DNA from: an uncultured Planctomycetaceae bacterium
GTDB lineage: Bacteria > Planctomycetota > Planctomycetia > Pirellulales > PALSA-1355
Length of the DNA: 64,000 nucleotides
Direction: 5' to 3'
Assembly: GCA_937952415.1 (NCBI GenBank)
Contig: CALFYT010000120.1
Location: 5,026-69,025 of the forward strand
Both the position numbers and the translations under genes were made by a program. The notes beneath the pieces were generated by a model, which saw only the letters and a program-made list of their open reading frames with translations, was not told the DNA's origin and did no database searches. This document shows positions 28,452 through 39,623 of the stretch, piece by piece. Position 1 is the stretch's first letter. The number at the start of each line of letters is the position of its first letter.

Positions 28452-31211
28452 ATGACTCGTCCTCGCATTGCCTCCTGCCTGATGGTGTTTCTGATGATCG
28501 TGGTCGCCAGCGGCGCCACGCTGGTTCCCCACTCGGCCGCCGCGGCGGAGCTGACGAAGGTCGGCACGATCGAGTTCAGTACCGAGTACCTGCTGGAGAA
28601 CGGCATGCAGGTATTGCTCTATCCTGACCCGTCGCGTCCGACCGTGACGGTGAACCTGACCGTGTTGGTCGGTTCGCGGCACGAAGGCTACGGCGAGACG
28701 GGCATGGCCCATCTGCTTGAGCATCTGGTCTTCAAGGGAACGCCGACGCACCAGAAGATTCCACAGGCGCTACAGCAGCGCGGCGCGCAATTCAACGGCA
28801 GCACGTGGGTCGATCGAACCAACTATTACGAGACGCTGCCCGCCAGTGAGGACAATCTGGAATTCGCGCTCCGCTTGGAGGCCGATCGGCTGGTCAACAG
28901 TTTCATTAGCCAGAACGATCTCTTGTCGGAAATGACCGTCGTTCGCAGCGAGTTTGAGCGGGGCGAGAACTCGCCAATCAATTTGCTCGACAATCGGATC
29001 ATGGCCGCCGCCTTCGATTGGCACAACTACGGCAAGTCGACCATCGGTAATCGCGTCGACATCGAGCGCGTGCCGATCAAGAACCTGCAAGCCTTCTATC
29101 GCAAGTACTACCGTCCGGACAATTGCGTGCTAGTGGTGGCTGGCAAGTTCGACGAGTCGAAAGCGCTGGAGCTGATCGAGAAATACTTCGGCGCCTTGGA
29201 GAAGCCGGAAAAAGAACTAGACAAGACCTATACCGAAGAGCCACCGCAAGACGGTGAACGCTCGGTCGTGCTGCGCCGCGTTGGCGAGGTGGGCGTCGTC
29301 GGGCTGTGCTACCACGTACCAGCCGGCGGACATCCGGACAACGCCGTGCTCGACGTTCTGGCCAACTGCCTGGCTTCGGCGCCGTCCGGTCGGTTGTACA
29401 AGGCACTGGTCGAAACCAAGCTCGCTACCAACGTCGCGGCGGGCAACGTCAGTTGGCATGATCCAGGCGTGTTTCAGGTGCAGGCCGAAGTGCGCAAGGG
29501 CGACTCGCTGGAGAAGGTGCGCGATCTGATGATCGAGATCACCGAATCTGCCGGAGACAAGCCGTTCAGCGAGGAAGAAGTTGAACGGGCCAAGCAACAG
29601 TTACTGCGCAATCGCGAGTTGGCCGCGGCGAGCACGAGCCGGATCGCCGTGCAATTGAGCGAATGGGCCGCACAGGGCGACTGGCGATTGTACTTTCTGC
29701 ACCGCGATCGAATCGAGATGGTGACACCCGAGCAGGTGCAAGCGGCGGCCAAACGATATCTGCGGCGCGAAAACCGTACGCTGGGCATGTTCATTCCGTC
29801 GGACGAGGCTGAAAAGACAGAGGTTCCGCAGACGCCCGATCTGGCTGCGTTGTTCAAAGACTACAAGGGGCGTGACGAGATCGCCCAGGGCGAAGTCTTC
29901 GATGTGTCACCCGAAAACATCGAGGCCCGCAGCCAGCGCGTGAGCCTGCCGGGCGGAGTCAAAGCGATCTTGCTGCCAAAGAAGACTCGCGGCGAGACCG
30001 TCAACCTGCAATTGACTCTCCGCTACGGCGACGCCGAGTCGCTCAAAGACTACACCACGGCCGCCAGCCTGCTACCGCAGATGATGTTGCGCGGCACCGA
30101 GAAGCTGTCGCGGCAGCAAATCCAGGATGCGCTGGATAAGAACCGCGCGCGCCTGAGCGCCAGCGGCGATACTGGATCGCTGTCATTCAGCCTGCAAACC
30201 AAACGGGCCAACTTACCGGCCGTGATGGATCTGTTGCGGCAGATCATGCGCGAGCCGACGCTGCCCGCCGAAGAGTTCGAGATCATGCGCCGCCAGTTGC
30301 TGGCCAGCGCCGAGGAACAATTGGTTTCCCCCGCGGCCCTGGCGATCACCACGTTGCGGCGCACCGTTTCGCCGTACGGCAAGGATGACGTGCGGTACAT
30401 TCCGACGATCGAGGAGGAGATCGAGCGGTACACCGCGGTGACCCGCGATCAGGTGAAGGAGTTGTACGACAAGTTCATCGGTTCACAGACAGGCGAGTTA
30501 GCGGTCGTTGGTGACTTCGATCCGGACGAATTGATCGGACTGTTGCGACCGGCGCTTGCGGATTGGTCGAGCGATAAGTCGTATGCCCGTATTCCGCGCG
30601 AGTACTTCCCCAACGTGCCGGGCGGGCTGGAGAAGATCCTGACGCCCGACAAGGCCAACGCGGTATACATGGCCGGGCTGGTATTCCCAATGACGGATAC
30701 TGACCCTCAGTACGCCCCGATGGTCATCGGCAATTACATCTTGGGTGCGGGCACGCTGTCTTCGCGGTTGGGCGATCGCGTGCGTCAGAAGGATGGCCTT
30801 TCGTACGGTGTGCGATCATATGTGGCAGCCGACTCGCTGGACGCGCGGGCCAGCCTGACCATCAACGCGATTTGCAACCCGGCCAACATGGAGAAAGTGA
30901 ACAATGCCATCGCGGAAGAGATCGACAAGCTGTTGGCCGACGGCGTGACCGACGAAGAGTTGGCCCGGGCGAAGCAAGGCTATTTGCAGCAGCAACAAGT
31001 GGCGCGCACCAGCGACGCGACGCTGGCTGCCATTCTGGCCGACCTGCTATACACCGGGCGCACGATGCAGTACTACACCGATCTCGAAAAGCAGATCGAA
31101 TCGCTAACGCCCGACCAGGTTGTCGGTGCGCTGCGAAAGTACATCGACCCGAAAAAGCTGGTCGTGGTCGACGCCGGCGATTTTGAAGCGGCCGCCGCGA
31201 AGAAGGAATAG
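28452..31211 (+). CDS. M16 (pitrilysin/insulinase) family zinc peptidase, double-module 919 aa
   Basis: Signal peptide, inverted zinc motif HLLEHLVFKGT, and a second inactive M16-like half. Confidence 0.85.
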   Translation: MTRPRIASCLMVFLMIVVASGATLVPHSAAAAELTKVGTIEFSTEYLLENGMQVLLYPDPSRPTVTVNLTVLVGSRHEGYGETGMAHLLEHLVFKGTPTHQKIPQALQQRGAQFNGSTWVDRTNYYETLPASEDNLEFALRLEADRLVNSFISQNDLLSEMTVVRSEFERGENSPINLLDNRIMAAAFDWHNYGKSTIGNRVDIERVPIKNLQAFYRKYYRPDNCVLVVAGKFDESKALELIEKYFGALEKPEKELDKTYTEEPPQDGERSVVLRRVGEVGVVGLCYHVPAGGHPDNAVLDVLANCLASAPSGRLYKALVETKLATNVAAGNVSWHDPGVFQVQAEVRKGDSLEKVRDLMIEITESAGDKPFSEEEVERAKQQLLRNRELAAASTSRIAVQLSEWAAQGDWRLYFLHRDRIEMVTPEQVQAAAKRYLRRENRTLGMFIPSDEAEKTEVPQTPDLAALFKDYKGRDEIAQGEVFDVSPENIEARSQRVSLPGGVKAILLPKKTRGETVNLQLTLRYGDAESLKDYTTAASLLPQMMLRGTEKLSRQQIQDALDKNRARLSASGDTGSLSFSLQTKRANLPAVMDLLRQIMREPTLPAEEFEIMRRQLLASAEEQLVSPAALAITTLRRTVSPYGKDDVRYIPTIEEEIERYTAVTRDQVKELYDKFIGSQTGELAVVGDFDPDELIGLLRPALADWSSDKSYARIPREYFPNVPGGLEKILTPDKANAVYMAGLVFPMTDTDPQYAPMVIGNYILGAGTLSSRLGDRVRQKDGLSYGVRSYVAADSLDARASLTINAICNPANMEKVNNAIAEEIDKLLADGVTDEELARAKQGYLQQQQVARTSDATLAAILADLLYTGRTMQYYTDLEKQIESLTPDQVVGALRKYIDPKKLVVVDAGDFEAAAAKKE

Positions 31212-31316
31212 GCATCGCGGTCCGCGCGTGGTGCCGCTCTGCTGTTGGCGCACCGCGCGCACGTTAGCGTGGAATTCGCGGGGGCGGCAATGACGCCGCC
31301 GTCGATGCTAGCTGTC

Positions 31317-31799
31317 CTACGCCTGCGACAGCCCCATCTGGCGTAATGCCTCGAACGTGACCACGCCCACGGCGTTGGAAAGGTTCAGGCAGCGCGCCTG
31401 GGGGCGGACTGGTATTCGCAAGAGTCGCTCACCGGCGTCGTCCAGCAGCGACGGTGGCAGCCCCTGCGATTCGCTGCCGAACACGAGCACGTCGCCCATC
31501 TGGTAGCGCACGTCCAAGTAGCTCGTACGCCCGGTCTTGCTGAAGAACCAGCGAGGCCCAGCAAGTCGCTTGAGCAGGGCTGCCCAATCGTCGACCGCCT
31601 CCCATTCCAAGTGTTGCCAGTAGTCGAGGCCCGCGCGACGCAGGTAGTAGTCGTCGAGTCGAAATCCGAGCGGCCGGACCAACCACAATTTGCAACCAGC
31701 CGCGACGCAGGTGCGCCCGACGCTGCCGGTGTTGTGCGGAATTTCCGGCTGGTGCAGCACAATGTGCAGCACGGGCTCATATTTCGCCGAGTCGGCCAT
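31317..31799 (-). CDS. trmL: tRNA (cytidine/uridine-2'-O)-methyltransferase, SpoU/TrmL type
   Basis: LHIVLHQPEIPHNTGSVGRTC..., LVFGSESQGLP, LNLSNAVGVV (SPOUT knot motifs). Confidence 0.8.
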   Translation of the reverse strand: MADSAKYEPVLHIVLHQPEIPHNTGSVGRTCVAAGCKLWLVRPLGFRLDDYYLRRAGLDYWQHLEWEAVDDWAALLKRLAGPRWFFSKTGRTSYLDVRYQMGDVLVFGSESQGLPPSLLDDAGERLLRIPVRPQARCLNLSNAVGVVTFEALRQMGLSQA

Positions 31800-31994
31800 G
31801 AAGCATTGCGACTGTTAGATGACACGGGTCTAGCGACACGGCCAGCATACTTTGTCGTGTGGCCGCGGTCGACGGTGCGCGTGCAGCGCGCTGCCGCTTG
31901 GCCCGCGCGCGGCACTGTCGCTCGACGCGGCGTCGCGGTACGATAGGACCAATGCAAACGATCGAGGCCGCATCGCAGAGCATCCCGAACAGCC

Positions 31995-33146
31995 ATGACC
32001 GACGTTCAGCGTGACAAATACCTTGCGGCCCTCGACTTTGCCGAGCGGCAGGTTGCCGCAACGATCGAACGAACGCCCGACTATTTTCCGATCTACACAA
32101 CCAACGGCCGATGGTTTCACGAGGGCGAACTTTGGACCGATTGGACCGGCGGCTTCTTTGCCGGCTCGATGTGGCAGTTTGATCGCCGCGGCAACGACCC
32201 AAACTGGCGCCGCCGCGCCGAGCACTACAGCCAACTTCTGGAAAAGCGCCAGCACGATCGGGCTGTGCACGATCTGGGGTTCATTTTTCTCAACACGTAT
32301 CGGCCTTGGTACGAGTTGACGGGCGACGCGCATCGGCACGACGTGCTCGTCCAGGCCGGGCGCACGTTGGCCATGCGGTTTCAGGAGAAGGGGCAATACT
32401 TGTGCTCTTTTATCGGGCCGCAGTCGCTGTTCATTGACATCATGATGAACGTGCCGTTGATCTTCTACGCGGCGCGCGAAACGGGCGACGACGCGCTGCG
32501 ACGTGTCGCCGATGCGCACTGCATGACAACGCGTGAAACGCTTGTGCGCGACGACGGTTCGACGGCGCACGAGGGTGTTTTCGACACGGATACGGGGCAG
32601 TTCCTGCGACAGGACACCCATCAGGGGTTGCGCGGCGACAGCAATTGGGCCCGCGGGCTGGCATGGTCGCTGTACGGCTACACGCAGGTCTTTGCCCTGA
32701 CCGGTGATCGGCAGTACCTCGACGTCGCAGAGCGAAACGCGGACTTCTGGTTGACGCACCTTCCCCAAGACCATGTGCCCTACTGGGACTTTGCGGCCGA
32801 TCTATCGGCGCCGCTGCCGTGGGGGCCGCAGAAAGATTCGTCGGCCGCGGCCATTGCCGCCAGCGGACTGCTCGAGCTGGAGCGGCACACGCCGTCGGTC
32901 GACCGTGCCGTCTCGTACCGGCGGACGGCGCTGGCCATGCTCGACGCGCTGGTCGATCCACAGTATTTGGCGATCGATACGCCGGGTTGGGAAGGCATCC
33001 TCAAACATGGCGTATATCACACGGCCAAGAATCTGGGGGTCGACGAGTCGGTGATGTGGGGCGAATTCTTCTTTGTCGAGGCGTTGATGAAAGTCGTGGC
33101 TCCCACGCCCTTCCCCACGCACGATGAACGAGCGCATTCCCAGTGA
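31995..33146 (+). CDS. Glycoside hydrolase family 88-like (unsaturated glucuronyl hydrolase-like)
   Basis: WTDWTGGFFAGSMW, HDLGFIF, WARGLAWSLYG, and the (alpha/alpha)6-type repeat pattern. Family call is from memory of GH88 motifs. Confidence 0.65.
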   Translation: MTDVQRDKYLAALDFAERQVAATIERTPDYFPIYTTNGRWFHEGELWTDWTGGFFAGSMWQFDRRGNDPNWRRRAEHYSQLLEKRQHDRAVHDLGFIFLNTYRPWYELTGDAHRHDVLVQAGRTLAMRFQEKGQYLCSFIGPQSLFIDIMMNVPLIFYAARETGDDALRRVADAHCMTTRETLVRDDGSTAHEGVFDTDTGQFLRQDTHQGLRGDSNWARGLAWSLYGYTQVFALTGDRQYLDVAERNADFWLTHLPQDHVPYWDFAADLSAPLPWGPQKDSSAAAIAASGLLELERHTPSVDRAVSYRRTALAMLDALVDPQYLAIDTPGWEGILKHGVYHTAKNLGVDESVMWGEFFFVEALMKVVAPTPFPTHDERAHSQ

Positions 33147-33161
33147 GGCTATACTGATCGA

Positions 33162-34412
33162 ATGGCAGCCACACTCGTACCGCCGTTTCGCGTCGCCCTC
33201 CTCGGCGTTGATGAGCAGACCACGGAGATTGCCCGGGCTGCGATCGCCAACCGGCAGTTCGATCTGGTCGGACTGTACGACGAGGAAACGGCCGGTGCCG
33301 GCGCGCATCGGACGCTACCCGACGCGCTAGCGCGCGTGCGGCGATTTAGTGTTTGGGAAGCGGTGCTCGACTCGGGAATCGCCGATGTGGTCGTCGTCGC
33401 CCGATCCAACGATCAGGATCTGCGGAGCGAGCAACTCCGCAAGCTGATCCAAACCGAGATGCCCGTGCTGGCCGTGCACCCGATCGTGGATTCGATGCTT
33501 GTGTACTACGAGTTGGACATGATTCGCCGCGACACGGGCAGTCTGATCGTGCCGTACTTGCCCGAGCGCAACCATCCGGCGATTCGTGCACTCGGCGAGG
33601 CTGTCTCGCACGGGGAGGAGTCGCCCTTGGGCAAGGTCACCCAAGTGGCCCTTCAGCGGCGCGTGGTGCAGACGGACGCCGGTCACGTGGTCGGGCAGTT
33701 TGCGCGCGATGTTGATCTGATTCGGGCCATCACCGGCGAACTCACCCGTCTGGGAGCGATTGCCGGCGCGGCTGGCGAGACATCCGAGGACTATGCGGGA
33801 CTCAGCGTGCAGATGTCGGGACCGTCGGGCGTCATTGGGCGATGGACCGTCGATCCGGCAAGCGCCACGTTGGGCGGGCAGTTGACCATCTTGGGCACAC
33901 GTGGCAAGGCGATCGTCGACATGCCCACGGGCGACCAGCCATGGACGATGGAACGCGTTGTCGACGGGCAATCCAGCCGCGAGTCGTTCGACGAATGGGA
34001 TCCGGCACGAGCGGCGCTGGATTGGCTCGCCGCCGCCTTGACCGGCGATTCGCCATCGCCCGACTGGGTCGACGCGGCGCGCGATCTGGAACTGGCCGAA
34101 ACCATCGAGCGTAGCCTGGCAAAGTCGCGCACGATCGAGCTCTACTACGAAGACTACACCGAGCAGGGAACGTTTAAGGGCACGATGACTTCGGTCGGCT
34201 GCGGCCTGTTGCTGTTCGGGCTGTGCATGCTGGGGCTTGTCGGGATCGGCGACCACTTGCGGATTCCGTTTTTGGACAAGTGGCCCTACGTGCTCGCCGG
34301 CGGGCTGGTGCTCTTCCTGCTGTTGCAAATGCTGATGCTGGTCTTTCACCGCGATGGCGCCCGCGGCAGCGACGAGCCGACTGCCGTGAAAGGTACGGCG
34401 GGCACGGGCTAG
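33162..34412 (+). CDS. Hypothetical protein, Gfo/Idh/MocA-like fold with degenerate dinucleotide motif and two C-terminal TM helices
   Basis: N-terminus RVALLGVDEQT lacks GxGxxG. The C-terminus GCGLLLFGLCMLGLVGIG...YVLAGGLVLFLLLQMLMLVF is strongly hydrophobic. Confidence 0.5.
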   Translation: MAATLVPPFRVALLGVDEQTTEIARAAIANRQFDLVGLYDEETAGAGAHRTLPDALARVRRFSVWEAVLDSGIADVVVVARSNDQDLRSEQLRKLIQTEMPVLAVHPIVDSMLVYYELDMIRRDTGSLIVPYLPERNHPAIRALGEAVSHGEESPLGKVTQVALQRRVVQTDAGHVVGQFARDVDLIRAITGELTRLGAIAGAAGETSEDYAGLSVQMSGPSGVIGRWTVDPASATLGGQLTILGTRGKAIVDMPTGDQPWTMERVVDGQSSRESFDEWDPARAALDWLAAALTGDSPSPDWVDAARDLELAETIERSLAKSRTIELYYEDYTEQGTFKGTMTSVGCGLLLFGLCMLGLVGIGDHLRIPFLDKWPYVLAGGLVLFLLLQMLMLVFHRDGARGSDEPTAVKGTAGTG

Positions 34413-34773
34413 CCACGCTGTGACAGCTTCGCGGGTGCAGTCGCGACGAGGCATTTCGGTTGTCGGGTCGGCAATTCGCCTGCCGTGGCTGGCGATTTGG
34501 GCAAAGATTGCCAGTCATTCCGGATGTCTGGGTCGCGCGCCGGCATTTCTTGCGGCACTGATAACCTGGGGCAATCGTGCGCCGGCAAGTCCGAGATTTG
34601 CCGGGTGAAACTGGGACGTTTATTCCGGCTGAGCACGGCTCGTCTTATGCCAGTCGCGGGGCAGGCCGATCTAGTTCCTACCTGCCGCATCCGTGTGCAA
34701 GCCAACGCCGAGTTCTATCGGCGACGGTACCCAGCCGACCCCGCCCCCCTTCCCCCCGCGCGTGTTTTACACC

Positions 34774-36144
34774 ATGGCCCACCGACCCCACTGGCTGTCC
34801 GTCTGTTCGTTCCGGTGTCTTTGTCTAGGGCTGGCAATCGCCGGCTTGGCCCACCCCGGATCGGCGGCGGCGACCGCTTCGGAGTTGCGCATCACGCCGA
34901 CCGTAAAGATCGTGCGCAGGGCGCGCCCCTCGATCGTCAACATTCACGGACAAAAAACGGTCGCCCCGACGGGCGAGGCGTTTCGCCGCGGCGACGGACC
35001 GCAAAACGTAAACGGCATGGGCACCGGCGTGATCATCGACGAGCGGGGCTACATTCTGACGAACTTCCACGTGGTCGACGGCGTGCGCGAGATTCGAGTC
35101 ACGCTGGCCGACGAGCGCACGCTGGTGGCGACGCTGATTTCGCACGACACCAAGACCGATCTGGCGGTCATCAAGATCGACCCCGCCAAGAAAGTGCCAG
35201 TGATCACCATCGGAAAGTCCGATGACTTGATGCCCGGCGAGCCGGTCGTGGCCGTCGGCAACGCGTACGGCTACACCCATACCGTGACGCGCGGGATCAT
35301 CAGCGCTTTGCACCGGGTTGTGCAGGTCAGTGACGCGCAGAAGTACAGCGATCTGATTCAAACCGACGCCAGCATCAATCCCGGCAACTCGGGCGGTCCG
35401 CTGCTCAACGCCGACGGCGAAATGATCGGCATCAACGTCGCGGTGCGGGCCGGCGCGCAGGGCATTGGATTTGCCATCCCCGTGGATTTGGCCATGTCGA
35501 TCGCGGCAGACCTGATGAGTGCCGAACGAATTGGCAACACCTGGCACGGCATCATTCCTCGAACGTTTCGCGCCTCGGGCGCATCGCGGTTGATCGTGGA
35601 CGACATCGACGAGAAGAGCCCCGCCGAAAAGTGTGGGCTTCAGCCCGGCGACGTGATTACCGCGGTCGGCGACAGTCCGGTGGAGCGGCCCTTAGACCTG
35701 GAACGGGCCCTGCTCGGGCGCAAACCCGGCGAAGAAGTGCAACTGACCGTCCATCGCAACGAACAGGCGGTCAACGTCAAGATGGTGTTGGCGGTGGCAC
35801 CGGCACGGCGGCGGGGCGAAGACGACCAGGCATGGTCGATGATCGGCATGCGTCTGGAACCGGTGCCCGAGAGCGAGTTCGAGCAGTACGACACGCACTA
35901 TCGGGGCGGCCTGACCGTGACGGACGTGCGAACCAACGGTCCGGCGGCTCGACAGGGAATTCGGCCAGGCGACGTGCTGGTCGGCATGCACATTTGGGAA
36001 ACCGTCTCGCTCGAAAATGTCGAGTACATTCTCCAGCGACTCGACGCCGGCACGCGACGACAGCTCAAGTTCTACATTCTCCGCGACGACGGCGAGTACT
36101 TCGGCACCTACTACGGTCACATGGCCGTCACGGTGCGCCGCTAG
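34774..36144 (+). CDS. HtrA/DegP-family periplasmic serine protease with PDZ domains
   Basis: Signal peptide. Catalytic triad motifs TNFHVV, DLAVIK and GNSGGPLLN. Two PDZ-like segments. Confidence 0.85.
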   Translation: MAHRPHWLSVCSFRCLCLGLAIAGLAHPGSAAATASELRITPTVKIVRRARPSIVNIHGQKTVAPTGEAFRRGDGPQNVNGMGTGVIIDERGYILTNFHVVDGVREIRVTLADERTLVATLISHDTKTDLAVIKIDPAKKVPVITIGKSDDLMPGEPVVAVGNAYGYTHTVTRGIISALHRVVQVSDAQKYSDLIQTDASINPGNSGGPLLNADGEMIGINVAVRAGAQGIGFAIPVDLAMSIAADLMSAERIGNTWHGIIPRTFRASGASRLIVDDIDEKSPAEKCGLQPGDVITAVGDSPVERPLDLERALLGRKPGEEVQLTVHRNEQAVNVKMVLAVAPARRRGEDDQAWSMIGMRLEPVPESEFEQYDTHYRGGLTVTDVRTNGPAARQGIRPGDVLVGMHIWETVSLENVEYILQRLDAGTRRQLKFYILRDDGEYFGTYYGHMAVTVRR

Positions 36145-36339
36145 TCGCTCTCGATGGCGGCGGCGGGAATCCCAAGCTCGAACCGGGGCGGGTCCTCGAC
36201 CCGTCGGCAATCTGGCGTGTTGCGTCGCAACCCGCCACGACCTGCCCGCGGCCAGTCGCTACAATCGTTCTGACTGCCCGCGTGTGTGCACGGGTGAATT
36301 GCGCGCCACGGACGACCGTTTCCAAACGGGGCTGCGTCG

Positions 36340-37272
36340 ATGGAGTTGGAACTGATTGCATGGCTACGCGACCGTTTGCCGCCGCATCAGGCCATGATCG
36401 TTGGTCCGGGCATTGATGACGCGGCCGTGTTGCGGTCCGACGCCTGGAACGGATGCGTGGTGACCGCGGATCTTTTGACCGACGGCGTCGACTTCGAGCT
36501 AGCCAACATCGATCCGCGTCGTGCCGGGCGCAAAGCGTTGGCGGTGAATCTAAGCGACATGGCGGCGATGGCGGCCCAACCGGTGGCGGCGGTCATCACG
36601 CTGGCACTTCCGCGCTCAGGCGGCGTGGACTTGGCCAAGCAGTTTTACGAGGGCCTGATTCCGTTGGCCGAGAAGTACGACGTGGCTTTGGCAGGTGGAG
36701 ACACGAATGCCTGGGACGCGCCGCTGGTCATCAGCGTCACGCTGCTCGGCACGCCGAGTGCGGCCGGCCCACTAACACGGCGCGGCGCGCAAGTGGGCGA
36801 CGCGATCGTAGTGACCGGAAAATTCGGCGGCAGCATTCTCGGGCATCACCTCGACTTTGAGCCGCGCGTCGCCGAAGCGCTGGAACTTGTTGCCAACTAT
36901 CCGGTGCACGCCGGGATCGACGTCAGCGACGGTTTGTCGTTGGATCTGTCGCGTGTCTGCGCAGAAAGCGGATGTGGCGCCGTCGTCGAGACGGGCGCGA
37001 TTCCGCTTGCGAAGGCGGCGGGCGAAATTGCCCTGCAGCGTAACGACGGTTCAACGGCCTTGTCGCATGCTCTGGGTGATGGCGAGGATTTCGAACTGGT
37101 TCTTGCCATGCCGCAAGCGGCCGCGCAGGAATTGGTCGCGCGGCAGCCGCTGGCGTGTGGTTGTACCTGTATCGGCCAGTTCGTCGCGGACGAGGGTCTC
37201 TGGCAGGTTGATTCCAGGGGGGCACGTGTTTCCTTGCCGGTCCGCGGGTTCGAACATCGGTTTGACACATGA
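36340..37272 (+). CDS. thiL: Thiamine-monophosphate kinase
   Basis: ELELIAWL..GIDDAAVL..ADLLTDGVDF, then LSDMAAMAA and GGDTN motifs. Confidence 0.85.
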   Translation: MELELIAWLRDRLPPHQAMIVGPGIDDAAVLRSDAWNGCVVTADLLTDGVDFELANIDPRRAGRKALAVNLSDMAAMAAQPVAAVITLALPRSGGVDLAKQFYEGLIPLAEKYDVALAGGDTNAWDAPLVISVTLLGTPSAAGPLTRRGAQVGDAIVVTGKFGGSILGHHLDFEPRVAEALELVANYPVHAGIDVSDGLSLDLSRVCAESGCGAVVETGAIPLAKAAGEIALQRNDGSTALSHALGDGEDFELVLAMPQAAAQELVARQPLACGCTCIGQFVADEGLWQVDSRGARVSLPVRGFEHRFDT

Positions 37273-37769
37273 CGAGTGAACCTTGGGTCTTCCGCGCGAC
37301 CGACGAACAGGCCACCGCAACGCTGGGACGCGCATTGGCCGATTGCGCGCCCGTTGGCGGGGTGATTGCGCTCGACGGCGTGCTGGGCGCCGGAAAGACC
37401 CGGTTGGTGCAGGCCGTTTCCCAGGCAAGTGGCGTCGATCGTCGCGACGTGGTCAGTCCGACGTTCGTGCTGGTACACGAGTATCAGGGGCGGGTGCCGA
37501 TCATCCACATCGACGCGTATCGCATTCGTGACGATGATGAATTCCTGCAGATCGGCGCCGAGGAATACTTTCAGCCGCCGAATCTGGTGCTTGTTGAATG
37601 GGCCAGCCGGGTCGAGACTTGCCTGCCGGACGATCGCTTGACGATCACAATCACCGTGCAGGACGACGACGCGCGGCACTTCCGCGTGCGGGCCAGCGGG
37701 CCAGCACATCGCGCGATTGTCGACTGCCTGCGGCAAACGTTCGGCGACGAAGCAACCGCTACAGAATAA
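37269..37769 (+). CDS. tsaE: tRNA t6A37 biosynthesis ATPase TsaE
   Basis: P-loop LDGVLGAGKTRLVQ, SPTFVLVHEY, HIDAYR. ATGA overlap with thiL. Confidence 0.8.
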   Translation: MTSEPWVFRATDEQATATLGRALADCAPVGGVIALDGVLGAGKTRLVQAVSQASGVDRRDVVSPTFVLVHEYQGRVPIIHIDAYRIRDDDEFLQIGAEEYFQPPNLVLVEWASRVETCLPDDRLTITITVQDDDARHFRVRASGPAHRAIVDCLRQTFGDEATATE

Positions 37770-39093
37770 ACTTGCTCAGGTCTTCGTCCTGGGCCAGTTT
37801 TGCAAGCCGCTCGTTCACGTAGGCCGCGTTCACGACAACGCGGCCAGTGGTCATGTCGGGCGCCTCGAAGCTGAGCTCTTCGAGCAACCGCTCCATGATC
37901 GTATAGAGCCGGCGGGCACCGATGTTCTGGCTGGTTTGGTTCACATTGAAGGCATACTCAGCCAGCGCCTCGATCGCATCCGGTTCGAACGCCAATTCGA
38001 CCGACTCGGTTGCCAGCAGGGCCGTGTATTGCTTGGTCAGAGCGCTGTTCGGTTCGGTCAGGATGCGGACGAAGTCTCCCTTCGTCAAATCCTGCAGTTC
38101 GACGCGGATTGGAAAGCGGCCCTGCAACTCGGGCATCAACTCGCTTGGCTTGGCACGGTGGAACGCGCCGGCGGCGACGAACAAAATGTGGTCCGTCTTC
38201 ACGTAGCCGTACTTGGTTTGCACGGTCGTTCCCTCGACGATCGGCAACAAGTCGCGTTGCACGCCCTGGCGCGAGACATCCGCCCCGCGGGCGTCGCTGG
38301 CCACCACCTTGTCGAGTTCGTCAATAAAAACGATGCCCAGGTTCTCGGCCAGATCGATTGCCGAGGCATTCACCTTTTCCTCGTTGACCAGCGCGTCGCA
38401 CTCCTGCTCAAAGAGCACCTTACGGGCATCGGCCACGGTCATCTCTCGTTTTGAGGTTTGCTTGGGCAGGATTTTCTCGAACATCCCTTGTAGGTCGAAA
38501 TCGGTCTGCTCCAGTCCCATTCCGCCGAGCAGCATCGGCGCGGCTTTTTGCTCGGTGGCGACTTCGACGGTGCGCCCTTCCATTTCGCCGGCGGCGAGCA
38601 TCGCTTGCAGCTTTTCGCGAGTGCGTTGGTGCCGTTCGGGGGAATTGGGCGAATCGGCGCCGACGTCGTAGGCGACCGGCGCCGGCGCTAGCAGATCCAA
38701 GAGACGTTCTTCGGTCCGCCGTTTGGCTTCATCTTCTACCGAGCGCCGCTCATTCTCGCGGACCAGGCCGATCGCGTTTTCCACCAGCTCGCGAATCATG
38801 CTTTCCACGTCGCGCCCGTAGTAGCCGACTTCGGTGTATTTCGTGGCCTCGACCTTGGCGAAGGGGGCCCCGGTGAGTCGAGCCAAACGGCGCGCGATCT
38901 CGGTCTTGCCGACGCCGGTGGGCCCGATCATAAGGATGTTCTTGGGCGCGATTTCGGCGCGCATTTCCTGGGGAAGCTGCTGCCTGCGCCACCGATTGCG
39001 TACCGCGATCGCGACCGCTCGCTTCGCGTCGTGCTGGCCGACAATGTGTTGGTCCAATTCAGCGACGATTTGACGCGGCGTCAGGTTTCGCAC
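37759..39093 (-). CDS. hslU: ATP-dependent protease ATPase subunit HslU
   Basis: [27 protein letters not shown], Walker [18 protein letters not shown], Walker [10 protein letters not shown]. Confidence 0.92.
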   Translation of the reverse strand: MRNLTPRQIVAELDQHIVGQHDAKRAVAIAVRNRWRRQQLPQEMRAEIAPKNILMIGPTGVGKTEIARRLARLTGAPFAKVEATKYTEVGYYGRDVESMIRELVENAIGLVRENERRSVEDEAKRRTEERLLDLLAPAPVAYDVGADSPNSPERHQRTREKLQAMLAAGEMEGRTVEVATEQKAAPMLLGGMGLEQTDFDLQGMFEKILPKQTSKREMTVADARKVLFEQECDALVNEEKVNASAIDLAENLGIVFIDELDKVVASDARGADVSRQGVQRDLLPIVEGTTVQTKYGYVKTDHILFVAAGAFHRAKPSELMPELQGRFPIRVELQDLTKGDFVRILTEPNSALTKQYTALLATESVELAFEPDAIEALAEYAFNVNQTSQNIGARRLYTIMERLLEELSFEAPDMTTGRVVVNAAYVNERLAKLAQDEDLSKFIL

Positions 39094-39623
39094 GGCAACT
39101 CCTCGACCACGATGTTGGTATTCGTATAGACGTCGATCCCTGCGGCGATTTCGAGGCTCTGGCGGACAATGGCGCTGGCGTCGAGCGTTGAGTGGGCCAC
39201 CAGAGCCCGCGCGGCCGCGACAGCGAAGTTTCCACCCGAGCCAATCCCCAGCACGCCATCGGTGGGTTGGATCACATCGCCGTTGCCGGTGACTAGTAAG
39301 GTGTGTTGCGCGTCGATAACCGCCAACAGGGCTTCCAGGCGACGCAGAAGGCGATCGGTGCGCCAGTCCTTGGCCAGTTCGGTCGCGGCGCGTGGAACGT
39401 TGGACGGAAAATCCCGCAGTTTGGCTTCGAAACGTTCCAACAGCGCGAAGGCATCCGCGCTAGCGCCGGCGAACCCGGCAATGACCTTGCCCTCCATAAG
39501 GCTGCGGATCTTGACGGCGTCGCCCTTCATCACGGTGTTGCCGAGCGAAACCTGGCCGTCGCCGCCGATCGCGACGCGGCCCTGATGGCGGACGCTCAGA
39601 ATAGTGGTCGATCGAGTCTTCAT
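39081..39623 (-). CDS. hslV: ATP-dependent protease subunit HslV
   Basis: [23 protein letters not shown]...KIR. Start at MKTRS, which leaves a short propeptide before the catalytic Thr. Overlaps the hslU start by 13 nt. Confidence 0.9.
   Translation of the reverse strand: MKTRSTTILSVRHQGRVAIGGDGQVSLGNTVMKGDAVKIRSLMEGKVIAGFAGASADAFALLERFEAKLRDFPSNVPRAATELAKDWRTDRLLRRLEALLAVIDAQHTLLVTGNGDVIQPTDGVLGIGSGGNFAVAAARALVAHSTLDASAIVRQSLEIAAGIDVYTNTNIVVEELPCET

Noticed and set aside
31830-34454. Minus-strand ORFs of 314 and 375 aa
   Set aside because: They are antisense to the GH88-like and the following plus-strand genes. Their composition is Arg/Pro/Gly-rich and without motifs.
34485-36416. Plus-strand ORFs of 246 and 261 aa overlapping the HtrA gene in other frames
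   Set aside because: These are alternative frames of a gene with a clear catalytic triad and PDZ motifs. Their products are Arg/Gly/Pro-rich.
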